DNA from: Candidatus Poribacteria bacterium
GTDB lineage: Bacteria > Poribacteria > WGA-4E > UBA9662
Length of the DNA stretch: 64,000 bases
Assembly (NCBI GenBank): GCA_036339735.1
Contig: JAYZAL010000019.1
Coordinates: 32,001-96,000, forward strand
Reading direction: 5' to 3'
The notes beneath the pieces were generated by a model. It was given only the letters and a program-made list of their open reading frames with translations, did not search any database and was not told where the DNA came from. The number at the start of each line of letters is the position of its first letter. The first letter of the stretch is position 1. A program made the translations under genes and the position numbers. Shown here piece after piece: positions 56,472-64,000 of the stretch.

Positions 56472-57947
56472 ATGATTAAGAAAGAGCCCAGGTATTTTTA
56501 TTATCTATTAACTTTCTTGGTTTACTATTGCCTTTCGTCTTATATCATTTCATTAGCAACCAGCCAAGAAAAAAATGAGCCACTTGTTTTTACCTTGATC
56601 GATAGTGTTGATCATGCACACAAGCATAACCTGAAAATTCAGAGCTTGATTGATAAACTCAATTTGCGCAAAAAGCAGCTCCGAGTAGCCCGTCCAATTG
56701 GATTACCACAGGTAAACCTAAATTCAAATTACACATATGCTAGGGATTTACCCAAATCCATTATCGACTTTGGGGGAAATTCGCCGTTTCCTGATTTTCA
56801 ATCACCAATGCAACCGTTGGCTTCGCAACAGGTCGAAGAGAAAACTAATGAACTACAACCTCCAATTTTATCTGAAGATGTAGAAGGAAAATCCAGCATT
56901 ACAGAAATGGAGTTCGGTGCACACCATACTTTTCAAGGTGGGTTGTCTTTGGTTCAACCGCTGTTTTCTTGGGGACGTTATTACTACACTTATCGTAGTG
57001 CAAAGGCCACACTGTCAGCCAGTAAATCAGAATTAGCAGAAGCTTACAATCAACTCAACTTAGACGTGGCGACTGCATTTTACCGCCTTTTGCTGAGTAT
57101 GGAGTTTGTGAAAGTTTCAAAGCAAACTGTGGAGTTTTCTAATCGGCAACTTGAGATTGCTCAAGATCTTCTTGCATCTGGAGCCTCAACTAACTTTGAT
57201 GTTATTCGTGCTAAAGTGCAAGTGGCTAACTCTAGATCGACTTACATTCGATCGAAAAACGCGGTCAATTTAGCCAAGGACGCCTTCAAGAATGTGCTAA
57301 ACTTGGATTTTGATCAAGATATACAAGTTAGCGGAGATTTCCGCTATGAGCGGATCGACTGGCTTCTTGATGACTTAATTGAATGGTCTCTTATAAATCG
57401 ATCAGATTTACAGCAGGTAGAACAATTAAAACAAGCTGCTCAAGAAATGGTCAAGGTTACACAAGCGGCGACTCGACCCAGTTTATCTTTTTTAGCTGAC
57501 TATAGGATAGATGACAACGAAAAATTAACTGAGATGAACAAGGTGTGGAATGTCGGTTTGGCTCTTAGTTTCCCGATTTTTGACGGTTTAATGACTTATT
57601 ATCGTGTACAAGAAGCAAAATCAGCGGTTTCCCAGTTGGCCGTTCAACATTCACAGTTAGAAGACGGAATTCAACAGGAAGTAAGAGCTGCTTACCTACA
57701 AATTTTGGAAGCCCAATCGCTGATGGATGTACAGAAGGAAACAGTTGAGCAAGCTAACGAAGGTCTCCGGTTGGCTGATCTGCAGTACAAAAATGGTTTG
57801 ATTACTAGTGTTGAATTAACCGACGCCCAGTTAGCACTGACACAAAGCGAAGTAAACCGGATTCAGGCTCAGCATGATTATTCAGTAGCACTAGTTCGTC
57901 TAGAAAAGGCAATAGGACAATCACTTTCAACATTAAAGAAAAAATAA
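56472..57947 (+). CDS. TolC family outer-membrane efflux protein
   Basis: LP.VNL, QPLFSWG, FPIFDG, YKNG..T..EL.DAQ, LEKAIG. Confidence 0.9.
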   Translation: MIKKEPRYFYYLLTFLVYYCLSSYIISLATSQEKNEPLVFTLIDSVDHAHKHNLKIQSLIDKLNLRKKQLRVARPIGLPQVNLNSNYTYARDLPKSIIDFGGNSPFPDFQSPMQPLASQQVEEKTNELQPPILSEDVEGKSSITEMEFGAHHTFQGGLSLVQPLFSWGRYYYTYRSAKATLSASKSELAEAYNQLNLDVATAFYRLLLSMEFVKVSKQTVEFSNRQLEIAQDLLASGASTNFDVIRAKVQVANSRSTYIRSKNAVNLAKDAFKNVLNLDFDQDIQVSGDFRYERIDWLLDDLIEWSLINRSDLQQVEQLKQAAQEMVKVTQAATRPSLSFLADYRIDDNEKLTEMNKVWNVGLALSFPIFDGLMTYYRVQEAKSAVSQLAVQHSQLEDGIQQEVRAAYLQILEAQSLMDVQKETVEQANEGLRLADLQYKNGLITSVELTDAQLALTQSEVNRIQAQHDYSVALVRLEKAIGQSLSTLKKK

Positions 57948-57955
57948 ATAGATAA

Positions 57956-59605
57956 ATGATGTTCATAAAACGTTTTCCTTCATTCTTGACTTCTTTGATT
58001 TCCTTACTGGGAGCAATATTATTTTTAGGAGCGGCTGCTTGTCAACCATCGAAACAGAGTGAACGGATCACGGAACAAAAATCTGAACAGTTGGGCACCC
58101 AAGGTTTAGCAAAAACTAGCAAACCCGTAGAAGTAGCGGTTGCTAAAACTGATGAAATCCGCTCTGAGCTAAATCTCTCAGGAACCATTATGCCTAATGC
58201 AAAAGTCTCCATATTTTCTAAAATGGCGGGACAGATTGTGAAAATGCCAGTAGAAGTCGGTCAACAGGTCAATAAAGGAGACCTTTTAGCAGTAATCGAA
58301 CACGAAGAATTATTGCTTAATAAGCGTCAAGCGCAAGCTGCCTATAGGTCTGCTGAGGCTGCGTATAACCAAGTTCAAAAATTGGCACGTATCCAAATCG
58401 AAGGTCAAGTTGCACAGGCACAAGCTAGCGTGTCTGCTGCTGAGACATCATTACAACAGGTAAAAGATTTATCTGAAACTAGAGCAAAATCTCAAATCCA
58501 ACAGGCTGAATCTGGTTTGGCTTCACTCCAAGCAAACTTGGAAAAGATCAAGCGTGGTGCTCGGGCTGAAGACCGTCAACAAGCTCAAGCGGCTGTTGAC
58601 CAAGCTAAAGCTAGTTTATCAAACGCAAAAAGCAATTTTGAACGTTTGCAACAATTGTTCGAAGATGGTGCTATTAGTCTTCAGTCTTTCGAGAGTTCAC
58701 AGACGCAACTTGATATTTCTAAAGCACAATACCAGATGGCACTTGAGCAGCAAAAGCTGATTGAGAAAGGAGCTCAAGTAGAAGATATTCAATCAATGGA
58801 GGCCCAAGTGGAGCAAGCCAAGGCTGCACTGAGTTTGGCCCAAGTATCTAGTCAGACCAAATCATGGGAGAAAGATATTGCTTTGTCAAAGTCACAGGTT
58901 GAAGCAGCAAAAGCTGGCCTTCGAACAGCCCAGTCATCTTTAGAGGCTAAGAGTTGGGAAGTAGAAATCATAGCAGCTGAAACACAAATGATACGAGCTC
59001 AAACTACTTTGAATTTAGTGAATAAGCAACTGAGTGATTCATCGATCGAGGCTACGATTACAGGGGTAATTTCTGCTCGCAATTTTGATTTAGGTAGTAT
59101 GGCAGTACCAAATGTTGCATTATTTGAAATTGTTCAAATGGAACAGCTAAAGGTTATCATCAACGTAATAGAATCGGATCTGGCTAAAATATCACTGGGC
59201 CGTGAAGTCACAATTAATGTTGATGTTTCTAATACAGATATTTTTGGAGAAATTATCCGAATTAGCCCAACACTCGATTTAGTCAGCCGGTCAGCTAGAG
59301 TAGAGATCAAAGTCGATAATACGATTGGCCAACTTAAGCCTGGTATGTTTGCCAAGGTGAATATTCCGGTCGAGGTGCGAGAAAATGTTGTATTAATTCC
59401 GCGTTCAGCGCTGATTGGAAGTCAAAAGGAACAATCTTCCGTTTTCGTCGTTGATGAAAATAATACGGGACAGCGTCGCCAAGTAAAACTGGGTTTAAGT
59501 CAGGGAGATATCGTGGAAGTAGATGGTATCGATGATGGTGATCGTGTCATTGTTGCTGGCCAATTTTCTTTAAAAAGTGGAGATTTGGTTAGAGTCGTAG
59601 ATTAA
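57956..59605 (+). CDS. Periplasmic adaptor (membrane fusion protein) with an unusually long coiled coil; lipoprotein
   Basis: Lipobox GAAAC, GQQVNKGDLL, long AQA heptads, I.ATITG, LKPGMFA, GDRVI. Confidence 0.9.
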   Translation: MMFIKRFPSFLTSLISLLGAILFLGAAACQPSKQSERITEQKSEQLGTQGLAKTSKPVEVAVAKTDEIRSELNLSGTIMPNAKVSIFSKMAGQIVKMPVEVGQQVNKGDLLAVIEHEELLLNKRQAQAAYRSAEAAYNQVQKLARIQIEGQVAQAQASVSAAETSLQQVKDLSETRAKSQIQQAESGLASLQANLEKIKRGARAEDRQQAQAAVDQAKASLSNAKSNFERLQQLFEDGAISLQSFESSQTQLDISKAQYQMALEQQKLIEKGAQVEDIQSMEAQVEQAKAALSLAQVSSQTKSWEKDIALSKSQVEAAKAGLRTAQSSLEAKSWEVEIIAAETQMIRAQTTLNLVNKQLSDSSIEATITGVISARNFDLGSMAVPNVALFEIVQMEQLKVIINVIESDLAKISLGREVTINVDVSNTDIFGEIIRISPTLDLVSRSARVEIKVDNTIGQLKPGMFAKVNIPVEVRENVVLIPRSALIGSQKEQSSVFVVDENNTGQRRQVKLGLSQGDIVEVDGIDDGDRVIVAGQFSLKSGDLVRVVD

Positions 59606-59617
59606 AATAACTTTCTT

Positions 59618-61606
59618 ATGGTCAAAAACGAGTCAGCTCAAAGGTCAACTTCCTATTCAGACTCAAGTCACGTTGGGACGACTGTAACTTGGCGTTCTAT
59701 TTTTATTGCCTTCCTGCTGATTCCTCCGAATGTGTTTTGGGTTGTTGAAACCGAATGTATTTGGCATAGTGGCCATCCAACAACAATTTCTCTTTTTTGG
59801 AACGTCGTCCTCAATCTATTTTTTCTCATCTTAATCAACCTAGGTATAAAGCGAGTTTCTCCCAAGTCAGCTTTATCCCAAGCCGAGTTCATCACTATTT
59901 ATGTAATGCTATCGATTGCCAGCGGTCTGGCAGGACATGATACTCTAGCATTAACAATTCCAGCCTTGCCACACGCTTTCTGGTTTGCGACTCCGGAAAA
60001 CGATTGGGCAGACCTAATACAAACACACATTCCCAAGTTTTTAGTAGTAACTGACCGAGAAATCCTCAGAGGAATTTACGAGGGAGAAACACCGTTCTAC
60101 AATCAACAGATAATGGGTGCTTGGATCCAACCAACTCTCTGGTGGACAACCTTCATAGTTGCTGTCAGTGCCATTATGATTAGCTTGAACGTGATCGTTC
60201 GTAAACAATGGACTGAACATGAAAAATTAGCATACCCTATTATTCAGTTGCCAATGGCTATTACCGAACGAGGTGGTGCTGCTAGCTTTTTCCGTAATCA
60301 ACTTCTATGGTATGGTTTTATTGTTGCAGCACTCATTAATATCTGGCATGGATTGGCTTATTTCTTCCCATCTTTACCTGATTTTTCGGTTCGCCATAAT
60401 GCCCGAGACTGGGGGAAATTTTTTACCGATCGCCCGTGGAATGCTATGGGTGGAATTCCAGTTCCGCTCTATCCATTCGTTATTGCACTAGGGTTCTTCT
60501 TGCCTTTAGATATGTCTTTTTCTCTTTGGTTCTTTTATATTTTCAGTAAAATACAAAGAGTAATTGGTAGTGCTGTGGGCATACCTGGTCCATTTCCTTA
60601 TTTATCTGAGCAGTCCATCGGTGGTTGGTTAGCCATATTTATAATGGCTGTTATTGTGACTCGTCGTCATTTAGCCAATGTCTGGAGAACTATCTGGGGG
60701 CAGGATAGTGGTATTGACGAAAGTAAAGAACCTATCAATTATCGTTCGGCTCTATTGTTGATTATTTGTGCTGGGCTATATATTCTTTGGTTTTGTTTAA
60801 AAGCGGGTATGACTGTCTGGATTATTATTCCCTATTTTCTATTTTTCTATGCCCTTTCAGTTGGAATTACTCGAGTGAGAGCAGAAATTGGACCACCCGC
60901 TCATGAAATGGCTGGAATGTGCAATGGTCAGCAGTTTTTGATCAATATTTTGGGCTCTCGACCTTTAGGAGGTCGAAATCTTGGCTTTATCACCTTGAAC
61001 TGGTGGATGTCTGGGCGTGGTTATCGAGAACACATCATGCCACATCAGCTAGAAGCTCTCAAAATGGCTGAGCGTGCCAGCATGAACACAAAGAAGTTGG
61101 TTTTCGCTATGCTATTAGCTGTAGTGTGGGGTTCATTAGTTACTTTTTGGGCTACACTATCAGAGCTTTACCGATTAGGTGGCGCAGTAACTGGTGCTGG
61201 AGGTGGGGGGATGGGCCCATCAATTGCGCATATTGGGCAATTTAACTGGTTAGCAGGTCTGCTAAGTTTTCCAAAAGAGCCAGATGTTCCAGCAATTACT
61301 GCTATGGCTGGTGGAATGGGATTTACTTTTTTTCTGATGATTCTGCGTTCTCGTTTCATGTGGTTCCCATTGCACCCAGCGGGCTATGCTATTTCGATGA
61401 CTAATGGGGTGGGTTATTTTTGGTCATGTCTGGTGATTGCTACTTTTCTAAAGTGGGTGACGTTGCAGTTTGGTGGTGCTGGAACTTACCGAAAAGCAAT
61501 GGTATTGATGTTTGGTATAATGTTAGGTGAGTATGTAGTTGGTGCTTTTTGGAGTGTATTGAGTGTAGTGATTCAGCAACCGATCTATGATTTTGCCCCA
61601 GGCTAA
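59618..61606 (+). CDS. DUF6785/DUF6784-like membrane protein, paralogue 3
   Basis: TPENDW, KQWTEHEKLAYPIIQLP, RVRAEIG, WFPLHPAGY, GIMLGE. Confidence 0.7.
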   Translation: MVKNESAQRSTSYSDSSHVGTTVTWRSIFIAFLLIPPNVFWVVETECIWHSGHPTTISLFWNVVLNLFFLILINLGIKRVSPKSALSQAEFITIYVMLSIASGLAGHDTLALTIPALPHAFWFATPENDWADLIQTHIPKFLVVTDREILRGIYEGETPFYNQQIMGAWIQPTLWWTTFIVAVSAIMISLNVIVRKQWTEHEKLAYPIIQLPMAITERGGAASFFRNQLLWYGFIVAALINIWHGLAYFFPSLPDFSVRHNARDWGKFFTDRPWNAMGGIPVPLYPFVIALGFFLPLDMSFSLWFFYIFSKIQRVIGSAVGIPGPFPYLSEQSIGGWLAIFIMAVIVTRRHLANVWRTIWGQDSGIDESKEPINYRSALLLIICAGLYILWFCLKAGMTVWIIIPYFLFFYALSVGITRVRAEIGPPAHEMAGMCNGQQFLINILGSRPLGGRNLGFITLNWWMSGRGYREHIMPHQLEALKMAERASMNTKKLVFAMLLAVVWGSLVTFWATLSELYRLGGAVTGAGGGGMGPSIAHIGQFNWLAGLLSFPKEPDVPAITAMAGGMGFTFFLMILRSRFMWFPLHPAGYAISMTNGVGYFWSCLVIATFLKWVTLQFGGAGTYRKAMVLMFGIMLGEYVVGAFWSVLSVVIQQPIYDFAPG

Positions 61607-62237
61607 ACTAAATTTTCGTATTTAACATCCAAAAATGATCTATTAACAAGACATGAAAGTTATAGATTGTTTCTACTTCATGATCTTCTAGCAATCCAGA
61701 TCTAAAATACCAGCGATTCAAACAATAAAGACCTCGCAATAGTTAAATAATCTCTTTTCCACTACTTCTGATCTCTATTGGATTACGTGTAACAACCACT
61801 CGTTTGGTATTGATTCTTTGTCTTTCAAACCTGACAATTAGGTTTTTCTGTCTTTGTTATACTATTTTGTCATCTTTTTTAATTTGTACTTGGGCAATCT
61901 ATTGGTAGTGTTTAGCCTGCAGAACGTCTCAACCATTTCTTACCGTTTTTCAATTGGGCTCAGAAGCCAATTGTCTGTTCCCAACAGACAATAAACATCA
62001 GAAATCGCCGCTTATTCTCGTTGTTTCAACCCAAGTAAAATAACCAGCTCAATCTCAATTTTAGTATCCTGTTTCTACGTTTAATTGATCACATTTTCCT
62101 TGTTCATGTAACTTTTCGATCTAACAATATATTGTGTTAAAATCAGAGCGAGAAGTTGATCTAACTTTAAGTAAATCAAACTACGACTAATCTTAACTAT
62201 TCTTGTCTAATTCTTGATTATTCTTAGAGGAAAAAGT

Positions 62238-63080
62238 ATGAAACCTGCACTAACACCAGAACAGCATGATTCTTATCAACGAGATGGATTTCTAATACTC
62301 GAAAATTTCTTTGCCCCTTCTGAATTGGAAATTCTTTATGCTGATTTTAATGGCGTAATTGAAAATTGGGCGAATATTTACTATAAGCAAGGTAGGTTGA
62401 CGGACTTGTTTGCTAATCACCCCTTTGAACGTCGCCTCTTCTCAATTCACCAAGCTATGGAAGGTGAATGCCACGAACTGTTAGCAGATGTCTCGGGTAA
62501 GCGAAAAACTGCGGCGATGTTTCATGTGATGACTATGCCCGAAATTCTTGATCTTGTGGAGTTCTTTATTGGTCCTGAGATCTTGGTTCATCCTCAATTT
62601 AACTCTCGTGCCAAGTTACCTGATCGAAAATCAGTTGTATCTTGGCATCAGGATCTTGGATATCTAGATAAAAGCGCTGAAGAGACATTTATGGTTAATC
62701 TTTGGCTACCACTAGTCGATGCCAACATCGAGAATGGTTGCCTAGAAGTCATCCGTGGAAGCCATAATCACGGTCTTTTACCCTATAATAGTGGTGGGCC
62801 AGAGGACTTAGTTCCAGAATTGATACCGGAGGGAGATGTGGTCTCTTGTCCTCTTCAGGTTGGTGGTTTACTGATGCTTCAACATAAAACGGTTCACCGT
62901 TCTACTCCTAATTTTTCTGATCATATTCGTTGGAGTTTAGATATCCGTTATAGTAATCCAGATCTGCCCACAGGTCGAGACCATGTACCTGGATTTTTAG
63001 CCCGTTCTCATGCACAACCGAACCAAGTGGCCAGAGATCATTATGATTGGTTAAAAATGTTTGCTGAAAATAGAAATTGA
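62238..63080 (+). CDS. PhyH family dioxygenase
   Basis: YQRDGFL, WHQD, ENGCLEV.RGSH, HRSTPN, RWSLD. Confidence 0.9.
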   Translation: MKPALTPEQHDSYQRDGFLILENFFAPSELEILYADFNGVIENWANIYYKQGRLTDLFANHPFERRLFSIHQAMEGECHELLADVSGKRKTAAMFHVMTMPEILDLVEFFIGPEILVHPQFNSRAKLPDRKSVVSWHQDLGYLDKSAEETFMVNLWLPLVDANIENGCLEVIRGSHNHGLLPYNSGGPEDLVPELIPEGDVVSCPLQVGGLLMLQHKTVHRSTPNFSDHIRWSLDIRYSNPDLPTGRDHVPGFLARSHAQPNQVARDHYDWLKMFAENRN

Positions 63081-63114
63081 TGGTGTCCTTCTGTCTTTTA
63101 TTAATCTTACTAGG

Positions 63115-63888
63115 CTAGAATAACCCGTTCTTAATAGACTGATAGATAAGTCTAGTTGCTAATAATATTAGCATCGTATTGAAGGCTAGGCGAAAAAGTT
63201 TTTCCGATATTTTAGTCAAGATACTTTTGCCAACCCATGTCCCTGTAGTACCCAATATAATCATGATTACCATCAATGGTAGATAGGGTGCAAAAGTAAA
63301 CCCTAGGAGGCCGAAGGTCAGAATTTTCACTCCATGTTGACATGACATAAAAGCGGCGTGGGTAGCCACAGTCATTCGGCGTTCATTAGTAGTAGCCTTA
63401 ACAAATGGCGCTACTAGCAAACCCGTACCACCAACAAACATAGTGGCAAAGGATGAAACAACTCCGATCCCAATAAAAATTATCCATGAAGATTTGAGAG
63501 CCTTGATGGAGGGAGTCCAAAGCGAATAGAGTATAAATAAACCGATAATACCTTGGAATAGGTTCCTCGGAATAGCAAAGACTATTTGGCTGGCTAGAGA
63601 GACACCAACTATGCTACCGATAACAAATGGTAGAGCCCAGACGAATTTGATATGAGCTCGTAACATTATGGATCTGACTAAGTTTGAATTGATTTGAATT
63701 ACACCATGGATAGGTATGGTAGCTATAGGGTTAAGCAATGATGCCATTATAGCTACTAGCATTGTTCCACCGCCAAGTCCAAAAGTCGCTGAGACTAAAG
63801 AGGTAAAAAAGCTAACCAAACACAGACTAATAAAAGCCCAACTGGAAAGCTCTGGAACACTACAAATAATTTCAGATATAGTATCCAT
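63115..63888 (-). CDS. Sulfite exporter TauE/SafE family membrane protein
   Basis: FGLGGG, PIHG, VGGTG, multiple TMs. Confidence 0.85.
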   Translation of the reverse strand: MDTISEIICSVPELSSWAFISLCLVSFFTSLVSATFGLGGGTMLVAIMASLLNPIATIPIHGVIQINSNLVRSIMLRAHIKFVWALPFVIGSIVGVSLASQIVFAIPRNLFQGIIGLFILYSLWTPSIKALKSSWIIFIGIGVVSSFATMFVGGTGLLVAPFVKATTNERRMTVATHAAFMSCQHGVKILTFGLLGFTFAPYLPLMVIMIILGTTGTWVGKSILTKISEKLFRLAFNTMLILLATRLIYQSIKNGLF

Positions 63889-64000
63889 TAAATCAGACGC
63901 AAACCTAAGAATGCAAAACAGGGATTTCTGCTTATGAAGAAGTCGATTTAATTTTAAAACAAGCTTATTATCAAATAGGCGATTTGATTAAAGATTCAAC

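Overview
AT-rich bacterial chromosomal segment with about 50 protein genes. TGA is used as a normal stop (hemL, thrB, hisN), so the code is 11. No rRNA, tRNA or CRISPR array was seen. Gene content suggests Candidatus Poribacteria or a similar marine diderm (inference): three LamG proteins with a shared C-terminal V(E/D)PxxKLxxxWxxLK tail, four PhyH dioxygenases, two YCF48/BNR propellers, three DUF6785/6784-like membrane proteins and a sulfatase. Housekeeping genes (hemL, hisN, mutY, thrB, lolA, pgsA, thpR, recA, cstA) are mixed with scattered transport and catabolic genes. Most notable is a three-gene cassette at 24.9-28.7 kb. It has a TonB-dependent receptor, a Cys-rich secreted protein ending in an RSPP (RAPP-like) motif, and a His-rich outer-membrane barrel. 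The barrel's true start (27626) encodes a signal peptide followed by two in-frame TGA codons in UxxU spacing, so it is a candidate double-selenocysteine metal transporter. Other highlights are a full-length P-type ATPase homologue lacking every catalytic motif, a 4-kb primase-helicase + ori-like repeats + dead serine-recombinase islet, and a TolC-MFP pair followed by a DUF6785/6784-like protein instead of an RND/ABC pump. A structured 250-nt leader precedes lolA, and a 55-aa membrane protein is missing from the ORF track. Family names are from motif recognition, not database searches.
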